Assembly (NCBI GenBank): GCA_009602735.1
Contig: WELA01001245.1
Location: forward strand, 1-50,540
Source: Mesotaenium endlicherianum
Lineage: Eukaryota
Length of the DNA: 50,540 bases
Direction: 5' to 3'
Shown one piece after another: positions 1 through 11,065 of this stretch (positions are counted from its first letter, which is position 1; the number at the start of each line of letters is the position of its first letter). A model generated the notes under the pieces. That model saw only the letters and a program-made list of their open reading frames with translations, was not told the origin of the DNA and ran no database searches. Position numbers and translations under genes: made by a program.

Positions 1-36
1 TGTTGTCGAGGCGACAACAAGTTAAGTTGGAGGGAT

Positions 37-781
37 TGTAATGAATCAGTATATTAGTAGATATAATATTCATTTAAGTATAATAGTTGATTTAGTTCAG
101 CCGGCTGAACTTTAGTTAGTAGTCAGTCTGCTGAACTTTAGTTAATAATCAGTCTGCTGGACTTTACATAATTATCAGTTTAATGACTCGGCCAAAAGCA
201 GCAGGCTGAAGTCAACTTAAGTCAGCTTGCTGACACATTCTTTGACAGCCAGCTGACTTCCGTGCTCGGTAGCAGCGAACTGCCTTGATATGCATCTAAG
301 TACGACCTGCTAGATGAATGGCCAGATGACATCCCCATGATGGATGGCTATTCGGGATGATGGGAGATGGCGGTGGATTTGGTTAACCGAGGTCCTACCA
401 ACGTGGTTAACTCCCGGGTAGGCGGTGCCATCGCACTGACCGTTGAACAGTAAACTCATTCCATGTACATATGCTAGGCATTGCTCTCGAGTTCGGCATT
501 CGGAAACGAGGCCAACTCTCTTGTACAGCTTACTGAGAGAGATCTGAATCCAAGGCGAGAAGCCATTGATACGCACTGTCTTCTAACCTTGCTTATGTAT
601 GAGTTTACTGATTTGCATTACTGATGCTAGTTTACTCGCATTTGACTTACGAGTATTATTCCCTGCTAGTGTATTGTCCTTTGCCGTTTAACTAGTTAAC
701 GGAAATACCATAAAGATTACTTGTTGATATAAAGATCTTTATTAATTGTTAATTGCCTATTTGGTAAGTCGATTCATTTCA
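37..781 (+). mobile_element. Family A LTR (3' LTR of a plus-strand chromovirus extending left out of the window)
   Basis: Runs TGTAATGAATC...GATTCATTTCA and is preceded by PPT AAGTTGGAGGGAT (24-36). Homologous to the reverse complements of 18293-19012, 22554-23273 and 29599-30317. Truncates the family B gag at 781. Confidence 0.9.
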
Positions 782-1296
782 GTCTGATCAACAGTATTAG
801 GTACTCCAGACAGCTGCTCTTCTCGTTCATACCAAGCTCCAGCACTCTTCTTCAGCAAAGTAATTACAAAGGCGACTTGCCTGTCAGGCGTGAGCGCAGA
901 ATACTCCATAAACTTCTTTACTTCAGAAATCCATTGATGAACAGGCGGCGATCCACGTTCTCCAGTGTACACTTCAGGCTTAGGCGCGCGCACTCCCGAT
1001 GCGGGTGGAATAACTAGTTGCACCACTAAATTAACATGGATTGGTGGTACAACAGGTGTAGGTGTCAAACTTGTCGAAGCGGCATTCCCAACAACAGCTC
1101 GCAGCATTCTCTCCACCTCCGCGCGCATATTTTGTTGAAATTGGGCGTAGACTTCTCCTCCAATTGCGTTTGCCATTTGCCTTAGCATCGCCTGCATCTC
1201 TTGTTGCTCTTTGGTCATTGTTGGTGCTGCCTGCTGCCCCGCGCGCTCAACATGCTCGACATGTTCGCCTCCTCCGACTGCTGGCTGCGACTCCAT
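782..1296 (-). pseudogene. gag: Family B Gypsy gag N-terminal fragment, cut by the family A insertion
   Basis: ATG at 1296 shortly after the PBS. PKPEVYTGERG...WISEVKKF...LLKKSAGAWY resembles a retrotransposon capsid N-terminus. Confidence 0.75.
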
Positions 1297-1319
1297 AATA
1301 TAATATGCAAACTCGCCCA

Positions 1320-1331
1320 GCTCCGATACCA
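1320..1331 (-). promoter_or_regulatory. Primer-binding site, tRNA-iMet type (family B)
   Basis: TGGTATCGGAGC on the minus strand, 2 nt after the LTR end ...CCTTTCA. Confidence 0.85.
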
Positions 1332-1333
1332 AA

Positions 1334-2079
1334 TGAAAGGGGCATAGTACCCTAGTGGAAGCGTAGTGACTCATGAGGAACAAAGCTAGTTGCAATCATA
1401 CTCAAGAGTGCAGCGGCATATTGCTAAGAAAGCTTAGGAAAATTACTCAGCAATTTGAGTAGCAAGAAACTGCTCACAAATGATGTAGGATGGAAGGCCT
1501 TGTGATTACAAACCCGTAAAAATTTACAGAAGTGAAAACTGATAAGAAACAAAGAATTTATGCCTATTTACAGTTTTCTGCCTAAGTGCTCCTCTCTAGG
1601 AGGAAGCTACGAAATTTCTTAAGGGTTCGTCAAGTCGTACCTTCCTGAATATTTGTGAGTATGCCAGATCAGTCTCATCTGACGTGTCGAGTCAAATTGA
1701 CGTCCACATACATGCATCGACATTACTAGAATATTCTATCTTAGGCGCGCTAGGCTAAATCGAAACTTCTAGGTAAATCGACCTAGTCGGCCTTCTGCGT
1801 CAGCCGAACATACGTGAAGGTTCGAGTTCACTCTAACAGGCCAGATCGCTCGACATTGTCGGTCAATCCAACGGTCGCGCTCACCGCAAATTAAGGATAG
1901 TTGTCAACCGACCTCAAAACTAATTAAATCTCGGAAATCCCTAACTCTCTCAATACTTGACAAAAAATTCGATGAACTTTATATCAAAATGACCACAAAA
2001 GTGCACTCTAGAAATCTATGCAATCAAAACATACTTTCATGAAATTAAAAAATGCACTTTATAAACCTATGACCTTACA
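1334..2079 (-). mobile_element. Family B 5' LTR (746 bp)
   Basis: On the minus strand it reads TGTAAGG...CCTTTCA, followed by PBS and gag. The right boundary abuts family A pol sequence. Confidence 0.75.
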
Positions 2080-2502
2080 CTCATCATGCACAGAATAATT
2101 AATTTCAGCTGGGCTAAATTTTATAGACTCATACAACACCGGGTGCCAATCTTGCTTTACCTTACCATCCTTTGTGGTTTTGTCAGCAGGCTGCAACAAA
2201 ATAGCACCCATGGCAAAGTCCGAAGCATCAATAACCACCTGCACAGGTTTGCTGGGGTCATACACAGCAAAGACTGGGGCAGAACAGAGAGCATCTTTAA
2301 GGTTCTGGAAGGCAGCTTGCTGGTCTTCCCCCCACACATACCCTATGTCCCTCTTAGTAAGGTCAGTCAGTTTACTGGCCTTTGTAGAAGAATTTTTAAA
2401 TGAATCTCCTATAACAGTTAGCCAATCCAAGGAAGGATCTAACTTCCAAGACAGACTGTGGTACTGGCTAGTCCCTTATGGTCTGGACTTTCTTAGGATC
2501 CA
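2080..2502 (-). pseudogene. pol: Family A pol fragment (RT connection/RNase H); continues at 12335-12410 beyond the family C insertion
   Basis: [13 protein letters not shown]...WHPVLYES. Collinear with the pol at 26090-26590 once 2503-12334 is removed. Confidence 0.85.
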
Positions 2503-3329
2503 TGTCATGATTTATTAAGTCAAAACCAACCTCTACGTGTGTGAATCATCAACCTAGGAAGACCAACTTTGCATTGACTTTACGCATCCATATGTTGACC
2601 TTCTCTAGATTTCCAAGTCACCAAAGTGTAGCGCGTCAAAGCATCTTTTGAATGGCACCGGTTTCGCGTCATTTGGTTAATTATCGAGCGAGATAGACGC
2701 GATCTAGTCCGCACTCCTTTCGGCACCTAGCGGAATCACACCAAACGGCCAACTTGTGACTCAATGCACCCGAAGGTGACAATGTTGACTATTCGTGACC
2801 CCAAGGACCCCTAGCTTTGTGCGCACAAAGCCGCGAGCTCTTTAGACTACATAAGTCTTGCATTTCCATAGTATGAGTGCATCATTGAGGCTATAACTTG
2901 GTGACTGCATCACCTACTCCTAGAGGAAGCTTCCTCAAGTTTCAGATTCACTTTTGAGGCGCTATCTAGCTACATGCATTGGATCCGCTGCATACAACGC
3001 CGGGTTTTCAGAAGTATATGTGCTAGAGATGTCCCTAGAAAAACATCTTTTTAGAAGTCCCATTATGTCAGTTGTAAGCCACAGATATTATCAGTAAAGC
3101 TTACGCTTTTATCTCTTGTGTTTTCAGGACCACTTAGTCTCTCTCTCTTGTGAAGAGCAAGCCTTGCTGGCTTCCACTCACTAGAAGAACTTCACAAGTG
3201 GTGAGCAAAGTCACAGCTTATATCCCCTGCCATAGGACTACTCTTGAAGATCATGATGTGCTTCCAGGGATCTTTTGGGCCAGACTTCATTAGTTGTTTT
3301 CCTACCAGATTACAGTCTTGAGGTGCTCA
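2503..3329 (+). repeat. Family C terminal repeat A1 (827 bp)
   Basis: Direct repeat of 11204-12194, lacking a 13-bp and a ~151-bp segment. The match ends at GAGGTGCTCA. Confidence 0.9.
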
Positions 3330-3401
3330 CTCTGGAGGATACACACTCCTTACTTCTAAAAAGATCTCTCTTTGCCTGCACGCAATTAGAATCTTCAGCG
3401 C

Positions 3402-4844
3402 ATGCCTACCCGTAGTGGGCGTGCTTACCAGCCTTACTACGAAGGGGTTAGTGGAGAAGATTCAGACTCTGATCTCGATACTGTCACTGAACCCTCTGAA
3501 GGGGAACAACCGGCACTTGTGCTTCCTTTCATTGTCCCTGAGCCGTCTTCCCATTGGGCTCACCACGATTCTTGGTATCCCATGACAGGTGACCACGAGG
3601 TCAAGGCTGACAGGTCCTCCCTCTTCCGCTTCAGCGGCAGACCAGGAACCTGTGATCTGGACGACACAATCTCAGAGTTCGAGGCTGAGTTCGTGACCGC
3701 GAGGCTTAAGACGCCCGCGCTCACTAAGCGGGACGTGTTCTATACGCTCATGCGCTATCTCCTCTACGAGGCCCGTGACACATTCCGTGAGAAGGGTGAC
3801 GAGATCTATGCACGCACAGAGCCTGTGGGGGAACCCCCAGTGGAGACCCCCCTCGCTGATCCGGTCAAGGCCTTCTAGGTCGTCCTCAGGAAGGAGTTCC
3901 AGGCCGCGACCGAAGAGAAGATGTACGAGCTGCACCACTTCTTCCGCCGCAAGAATGAGACGATCCGCATGATGTACCGCCGCTTGACGCACCTTCGTCG
4001 AGACGTTGGCACCGTCACTGACCGAGAGGTAGCGGAGATCTTCTTGCGCACCGTAGAGCCACGTTTAAGGGAGCGAGCCATGGCTCCTCTCATCTACCAC
4101 ATCGGCTCCGAGTACTCGCTCGAAGATGCTTACCTCTCAGTCGAGAAGCAGAGCTTGGCCGCAGCACGGAGCAACATTAGCGACCGTATAGGCCTCGCAT
4201 CCACGGGCGTACGCCAGGAGTCTTCGGTGCTGCCACCCACAACGATGCGCCCAGCTCCGGCTCGCCAGCCCCAGCAACAGCAGCAGCCCCAGCGCTCTCA
4301 GCTGTCCCAGCAAACCCAACAGTGCGGGGCTCCGCGTGGCGGCACTTCCATGGCCGCCACAACGAGCAACCCCTGTTGGTCCTGCGGGAAGACGGGCCAC
4401 TCTCGCCAAAACTGCACTATTGCACAGAATGGCAAGCCCGGTGACTGTACCTACTTTGGCAAGGCCGGCCACCTCCAGATCGTATGCCTACAGAATAAGC
4501 GCGACGCCGAGAACGGACGCGCTCGTGACGGCCTTGCGCCAGCAGCAGGACTTCGGGGCGTGCGTAACCCTCGCACGGGTGGACGCCCCTCGATGACTGC
4601 AGCCTCGGCTACAATGGACGCCGCGCTGACCCTCGGAGCCGATTACTACAGTTTTGACGACGTCAGCGACGCCCTCGTAGAGGCCAACGCAGAGATTGCC
4701 AGACTCCGCGGCCTCATCGCCACCGACAGTTACGACGCGTGCGGAGCCCTCTTCGCACGCGTCCCGCTGTCGACGCTCCGGCTCCTGCGCACTTTCATGA
4801 CGCCGACACGTGGCAGCTCCAGAGGCTTGCACCTGGCGCTATAG
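3402..4844 (+). pseudogene. gag: Family C gag with two CCHC zinc knuckles, in-frame TAG at 3876-3878
   Basis: ORFs 3402-3878 and 3921-4844 share a frame. Contains CWSCGKTGHSRQNC and a degenerate CTYFGKAGHLQIVC. Confidence 0.8.
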
Positions 4845-5311
4845 CAGCTCTGCAGCCTCGCACGCGCCCGCCCCACGACAGAGCTACGGCGACCAGCGCG
4901 GCAGACATCTGCGCAGACGCTTCTGCCAGACCTGCGCACTCGGCGCTGATGTCCGTCAGCAGTTGCTGCACTCGTCCGGTTGGGCTTCCAGATGGCAGGC
5001 TGCAGGCGTACGCGGTCCCGCTACCCTGCGTCACAGACGCTGCAGCTCCCGACGCGTCCCTTGACAGTCCGGCACACACGCCAGCACAGCCGCAGGCTCC
5101 AGCAGCCCCTCTGGCCTGTGCCGCCCTGCTGACGCCAGCAAGGCTTTCGGCAGTCTGCGCAGCGACATTTGTCGCAACGGGGTGCGCTCGCCAGCTGAGT
5201 ACCACGACTACAGCACACACGGCTGCAGCGCCCCCCGCTTTGCGCGTTGCCAGCCCAGGCGCAGACCTACGCACCAGCCGGCAACGTCGGAATGATGGCC
5301 CCCTACTGGCA

Positions 5312-5413
5312 GCTGCAAGCAGCAGGATCCAGCAAGCGCTGACACTTGCCGCGTGTCCGGAGCGGCTGCAAGCAGCAGGATCCAGCAAGCGCTGACACTT
5401 GCCGCGTGTCCGG
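5312..5413. repeat. Local tandem duplication, period 53 bp
   Basis: GCTGCAAGCAGCAGGATCCAGCAAGCGCTGACACTTGCCGCGTGTCCGG occurs at 5312-5360 and 5365-5413. Confidence 0.9.
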
Positions 5414-5621
5414 CAGGCCAGGCCGCTCCTGTCGGCAGTCACACGCACACTCGCGCTCTCACTCGTCCGCTCACACCGCACACGGCGGCGCGAGGCTTGC
5501 CGGGCAGCCAGCTACGGGACCGTAGCCCGGCAGCCACAGCAGCAGCTGCGCACGCCAGGAGGCGATCCCGCCCTGGGCTGTCGCCCCCTTCCTACGCCTA
5601 TCTACACCGCACAGCTCGACG

Positions 5622-6559
5622 TGTGACGTTTCTGCTTTTCAAGAGGATCTTTCCTCGGTATTCAAGGAATATTTAATTCAAGTGGGAGGAAAATCTGTAT
5701 ACTTGTGGAAATTGACGAACACTCGAAAGAGCGAAAATGAAAACTAACGTAGAATGTGTGCTTGTGAGAGTTGCACTCACAATGACTCTGCAGGCATTTA
5801 TACCTGCACAACATGAGGCACTGGAGTGCTTCGAGTCACCACCTAGGGCACTGGTTCATGTTCAACAAAAACGGTCGAAGGGACGTGTCCCATTCGGCCG
5901 AATGCTCGAAACGCGCAGTTGGCCGTTTGGAGACTTTTCGACGGTTTCCAAAAAACCGTTTCGCGCCAAACGGGCGTTTTCGCGTTCTCGCGACTTGGAA
6001 AGTCGCGATTGATCGCGGAGTCGCGTACACATGCTTTCGTCATGAACCGGTAGTTTATAAAGCTACTTTGGCCGATCGGTTAGGTGTGAACGTTTCAAAC
6101 GAAAGTCGCGAGTTCGAATCCGCTCGGATGCAAAGCGACATTGCATATTTCGTTTCGTTTGACTTTACGACTGTTTGTTCGTATTAATGATATGACAGTT
6201 TCTTCGTATCACAACTAGTCGTAATCCGAAATCTGTGATTGTCCATTATTCGTAATAATGACAATCAAAATAACTTAATCAAGCAATGATTAATTAAATT
6301 ATCATCTCATAATTATTCGAAGTAACTTTATGAATAATTATGTCGTACTTTTGCGAAGTAGTCGAATTACGTTACAACGCTTTTTGCAATAGTATCTCGG
6401 TCGTTTCGCCAAACGACAGGGAATTAATCGGCATACGTGTGTGGCAAATAATTCAATGTGATGCGATCATTTATCAAATAACTTATGATAAATAGTATAA
6501 CGTATATTAGCTAATTGGGAAAACGTCCCAAATACGCCTAAAAAGCTCAAATCGTTACA
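5622..6559. mobile_element. Family D solo LTR (938 bp) inserted just upstream of DNMT motif I
   Basis: TGTGACG...CGTTACA with 5-bp TSD CGACG (5617-5621 / 6560-6564). AT-rich, homologous to 17371-18285. Removing it rejoins ...YTAQLD to ERPGGIVLVELFA in frame. Confidence 0.92.
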
Positions 6560-6564
6560 CGACG

Positions 6565-7601
6565 AGCGTCCCGGCGGCATTGTCCTTGTCGAGCTCTTCG
6601 CCGTCATTGCGACAGGACTGGTGGCCACCCTGCAGGCTGGCATCCCCGTACGTCGGTACGTCTACGTCGACCCCGATGGCGAGGCGCAGCAGGTCGCCTG
6701 CAGGCAGATGGCCTTATGCCACGAGCGTTTCCCAGACCTCTTCCCTGAGAATGCCTTCTACCGCGCCCAGACTGACTGGCCCATGGACATCCGCGACATT
6801 ACCGCCGAGCACATCACGCGCCTCGGGCCCATCGACCTCATCATTGCTGGCTGGGAGTGCCAGGGCTTCTCTATTGCGGGACGGGGCAACGCGCTCAATG
6901 ACCCGCGTACGGCCTTGTTCTGGCACCTGCTCCGCGTCCTCAACATGGTTGAGGACCGCCAGCCGCCGCACACGCTCGCCTGGGTGTTGGAGAACGTGGC
7001 TGTCCGCCACGATTCTCGGCCCAACGTCAGCGCCAACTTTTCCCTTTGCAGCAGCTACGTCGGTCGTGAGGCAGTCATCGACGCCGCTCAAATTGGTTCC
7101 TTCGCGCATCGTGTGCGCGCCTACTTCACCAACCTGGCCATGCCAGGCACACTTGAGGCATTGGCGGCCGCACATCCACGCCACACGCGCAACGTTGACT
7201 CCATCCTCAACGTGGCGCGCCTGGCCCAGCGCGTGGTCGCCCTTCCGCATCCTTCTCAGGCCCAGTGTGAGGTCCTCCGCGACGTCACGCGGGCGCTTCC
7301 TACGTTCGTGAGTCGCTACGACAGCGCGGCCTACATGGGCGACCAGCGCGGCATGATCATTGACCTCGAGACTGGCATGTTCCAACGACCCCGTGCCGTG
7401 GAGATGGAACGTGCGATGGGCTTCCCTGTGCACCTCACACAGGTGGACGGCATCACCGAGGTCAACCGCGTGCGTCTCCTTGGCCAGGCTATCGATGCCA
7501 ACGTCTTGACGTGGCTTCTCCTGCAGACACAGGCCTTGACTCCCCTTTACGCCCAGGCTCGTCATCCTGAGATGGACCAGTCCTATGACGCCATGGATTG
7601 A
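6565..7601 (+). pseudogene. DNA (cytosine-5)-methyltransferase domain of the family C polyprotein
   Basis: Canonical motif order: I VLVELFA(V)IATG, II YVYVD, III DIRDI, IV IIAGWECQGFS, VI WVLENV, VIII HRVRAYFTN, IX ERAMGFP, X LLGQAID. Confidence 0.9.
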
Positions 7602-9437
7602 GATTCCGACGGCGACGGGCGCGCCCCGCCTGGTACGACCTGGCATTCCCAGCGCGAGGGCCCAGCTTCCCAGCAGCCGCCTGCCCCTTGTCATGGTCCT
7701 CGTTTTGGTTCGCTGGGGGGGGGCAGAAGGAGACAGGAGTCCTCACAGCGACCCGGGGAGTTTTGTATCCCGTTTCTTTTTCCACGCTCTCCGCCGCTGA
7801 CAAGTGGTGCAGGGCAGATGGCAGCTGCTGCCAAGAAGAGGGCACCCGAGGCAGGCCGAGCGCAGCCAGCTGCAGGACAGGTGACGCCTGCAGCCCCACA
7901 GATCACGCCAGCAGCAGGGCAGGAGGCGCCAGCCGCAGCGCAGGAGCCACCACCAGCTGTCCCTACTTGGAAGCTGGGGGGGACTCTCACTCGGGCACAG
8001 GCTGCTCAGCTAACGGCATTGCTGGATGCACGGCGCAGCCCCAGCTTTGCCAGCGGCATGCACGATCTTGGGCGCTACACAGGCGACATTATGAGGATAC
8101 CCCTCCAGACAGACGTGCCCATCTTCCAGAAGCGCTATCGCTACAGCCGCTTTGAGGACGACCTGATCAGCACGCAGACAGGCAAGCTAGAGGAGTGTCA
8201 GCTCATTCGTGAGTCTGCCTCCACCTACGCTGCGCCCACAGTCATGCCAGCTAAGAATGACGCCTTAGGCAACTGGTCTGAGAAGAGGATGTGCGGTGAC
8301 TATCATAAGCTTAACGAGGTCACTGAGCAGGACAGATACCCTATGCCGACCCCTGACGAGATCTTCGACGACATCGACGCTTGTACTTGGTTCTCGGTGC
8401 TGGATTTGAGGCAGGGCTTCAACCAGATACCCATTGCGGAGGAGGACCAGCATAAGATGACTTTTTGGGGATCGCAGCGTCTCTACGAGTGGAGGGTTAT
8501 GCCCTTCGGCTTGAAGAACGCTCCTGCCACCTTCCAGCGAGTCATGGATAAGGAGCTGAGAGGGCTCTCCTTTGCCCGGTGCTACATCAATGACGTGCTT
8601 GTCTTCAGTGAGACGTTTGAGGAGCATGTGGCGCATATCACTACAGTCCTGGACCGCTTGGAGGCCGTTGGGCTCAAGTGTCATCCAGGCAAGTGCACCT
8701 TTGGGACCCGGGAGGTGGAGTACCTCGGGCATCTTCTGTCTTCCAGTGGTTTGGCTCCTCAGCTGGCCAAGATCTTGGCCATCACAGGCATCCCGCCGCC
8801 AACCGGCCTCTCGCAGTTGAGGTCCTTCCTTGGCATCGCCAACTACTATCGCCGCTTTGTGCCTGGGTTTAGCGAGCTGGCCAAGCCGCTCAACGACTTG
8901 CTACGCAAGGGCGTTGCTTATGTATGGGGACTAGAGCAGCAGACGACGTTTGACAAGCTCAAGAAGCTGTTGGTGAGCGCCCCACTACTACGGCGGCCCG
9001 ACTATCAGAAGCCCTTCATCCTCCACACCGACTGGTCGCAGGCAGGGCTTGGAGCGGTGCTGGTGCAGGAGCATGACGGCTTTGAGCATGTGGTGGCGTA
9101 CGCCAACCTCAGCAACAACCTCGCCGAGGGCAACCACGGCTCCTATGAGGGGGAGTGCCTGGCAGCGGTGTGGGCGATTGTGCATTTCAGGCACTATCTC
9201 TACGGCACCCACTTCCGCTTGGTCACCGACTATCAGCCAATCAAGTGGCTCATGACGTCGGAGCGCCTGACAGGCAAGTACGCACGATGGGCACTCATCT
9301 TGCAGGACTACACCTTTGACGTGCACCATCGTCCAGGGTCGACAAACCTGGACGCTGACGGCCTCAGCCGCAACCCGCTGCCCTCTTCGCGAGACCTCAT
9401 GGTAGCCCGCCACGATGAGGATGAGCCAGTGGCCTAG
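7602..9437 (+). pseudogene. pol: Family C reverse transcriptase and RNase H
   Basis: KRMCGDY, LDLRQGFNQI, MPFGLKNAPATFQ, YIND (degenerate YIDD), LHTDWS, YEGECLA, DADGLSR. Same frame as the DNMT, with 72 open codons between TGA 7599-7601 and ATG 7818. Confidence 0.93.
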
Positions 9438-11052
9438 CACGCAGCGGCATTCCTGGCCTTCACCGTTGACGGCGACGTGCGGCCCGCAGGGCTCACTAGC
9501 CTAGAAATGGTAACTGTCACCACTCGACGACTAGCCTTGGCAGCAGCTGAGGAGCAGGACAGCTGGCAGCGCGGGCCCGAGGACATGTGGGACGACACCC
9601 CGGTGCTACAGTACGTCACGGCCAAGGAGTTGGTCCCAGGCATTAGTGCGCGCGAGCGTGACCGCATGCTCAAGCGTAGCCGAGATTTCGTCTTCATGGA
9701 GGGGCGCGAGTGATGGCGGACGGCTCTGTCCTGGTGGTCCCTGAGCTCGCTATACGCAGCCAGCTGGTGCGACGTGTGCACGAGACGCTTGGACACTTTG
9801 GTGTTAAGCGCACTCTCAGCCTCCTCCAGGCTGAGTACTGGTGGCACGGCATGACTAAGGCGCCGATGTCGTCAGAAACTGCACACTTTGCGACCGGGTG
9901 CGCTCGGGCTTCACAGCCCGCACCGTTGCTCTCAGCCCTCTCCCTATTCAGGGGCTGTTCTACAGGTGGTCGCTCAACTTGGCTGGGGAGCTGCCCAAGT
10001 CTCGCCAAGGCAACCTCTATGTCTTGGTGATGATTGAGCACATGTCCAAGTGGATTGAGCTTGTGCCGTTGCCCAGCAAGGCCAGTGAGGGGATTGCCCA
10101 GGCTTTCCTCAATCACGTCCTTAGCCGCTTTGGCGGCTGCGCTGAGGTCCTCACCAACCAAGGCAAAGAGTTCCAGGGCAGCTTTCAAAAGCTGCTAGAG
10201 CGCTTGATGATCGACCACCGCACCACCTCCCGCGACCATCCCCAGGCTGACGGCCTCGCCGAACGCATGGTGCAGACCGTCAAGCTTGGGCTGCGGAAGT
10301 ACTGCCTGGCCCACGACAGCACCCACTGGGACGACGCCCTCCCATGGTTGGCTATGGGGTACAGGTTCAGTAAGCAGGCCTCCTTGGCCTCGCATTCTCC
10401 CTACTTCCTTCTCTACGGCCGACAGCCAGTTCTGCCCGCAGCAGCCAGGACCGTGGCCGAGAACGTTCTGGACTTGGACAGTCTCGAGACGTGGAGCGCT
10501 CTTATCGGGCAACGTGCACAGCTCTTTTGGCGCCTGATGCCCATGGCCATGGACAACCTCAGCATTGCTCAGCACCGCGACACACTGAGGTATGCCATGA
10601 CCTGTGGAGGAGCCTATCGCCCGCGAGTGTTGCAGTTCTCCGCAAAAGACTTCGTGTACATGCGACGCCAGACGAAGAACACCCTCGACACCAGCAGCTC
10701 GCCCGTCATCCTGCGCGTCACACGTGTCTTGGCGTTAGGCGTTTTGGAGCTGGAAGGCGCAGATGGCCGTCTTCACAAGGACCACACAAAGAATTGTGGA
10801 CCATGCCACCTTCCTAACCTTGACATGCAGGTTCGTCCCCGCGACGCGAGGCCGCCCAAGGACTGGGCGTGCCAGATTTGCTACAGACCCGGCCAGGAGG
10901 CCAGCATGCTGCTCTGCGACAGCTGCAACCTCGGCTTCCACATCGGTTGCCTTGACCAGCCGCTGGCTCGCGTGCCAGCTGGCGACTAGTTTTGTAGCGA
11001 CTGCACTGCTTTAGCTCTAGACAGCGATCACAGCCCATCAGCTGGTGGCTGA
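9438..11052 (+). pseudogene. pol: Family C integrase (HHCC plus degenerate DDE) with C-terminal PHD finger; frameshifted and with stops
   Basis: VHETLGHFGVKRT, WSLNLAG, VLTNQG, HPQADGLAERMV, then CQIC...LLCDSCNLGFHIGCLDQPLARVPAGD*FCSDC (C4HC3). The frame closes at TGA 11050-11052. Confidence 0.9.
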
Positions 11053-11065
11053 GAGCTGGGAGGGG
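11051..11065 (+). promoter_or_regulatory. Polypurine tract of family C
   Basis: GAGAGCTGGGAGGGG lies directly after the pol stop and directly before repeat B1. Confidence 0.75.

Noticed and set aside
310..576. Recurrent 80-133-aa ORF MRINGFSPWIQ... (also 18500, 22760, 29828)
   Set aside because: Antisense within the family A LTR and recurs only because the LTR does. It starts at GTG/TTG, is broken in other copies and has no domain signal.
6079..6093. TTTCAAA loop suggesting a tRNA-Sec/opal (TCA) anticodon with compensatory change between D LTR copies
   Set aside because: Only 2 bp of stem and no long variable arm. The apparent covariation (CG..CG to CA..TG) is explained by CpG deamination.
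6714..10575. Long antisense ORFs over family C pol (6714-7694, 8265-8732, 8988-9440, 9694-10188)
   Set aside because: Shadow ORFs expected opposite GC3-rich coding sequence.
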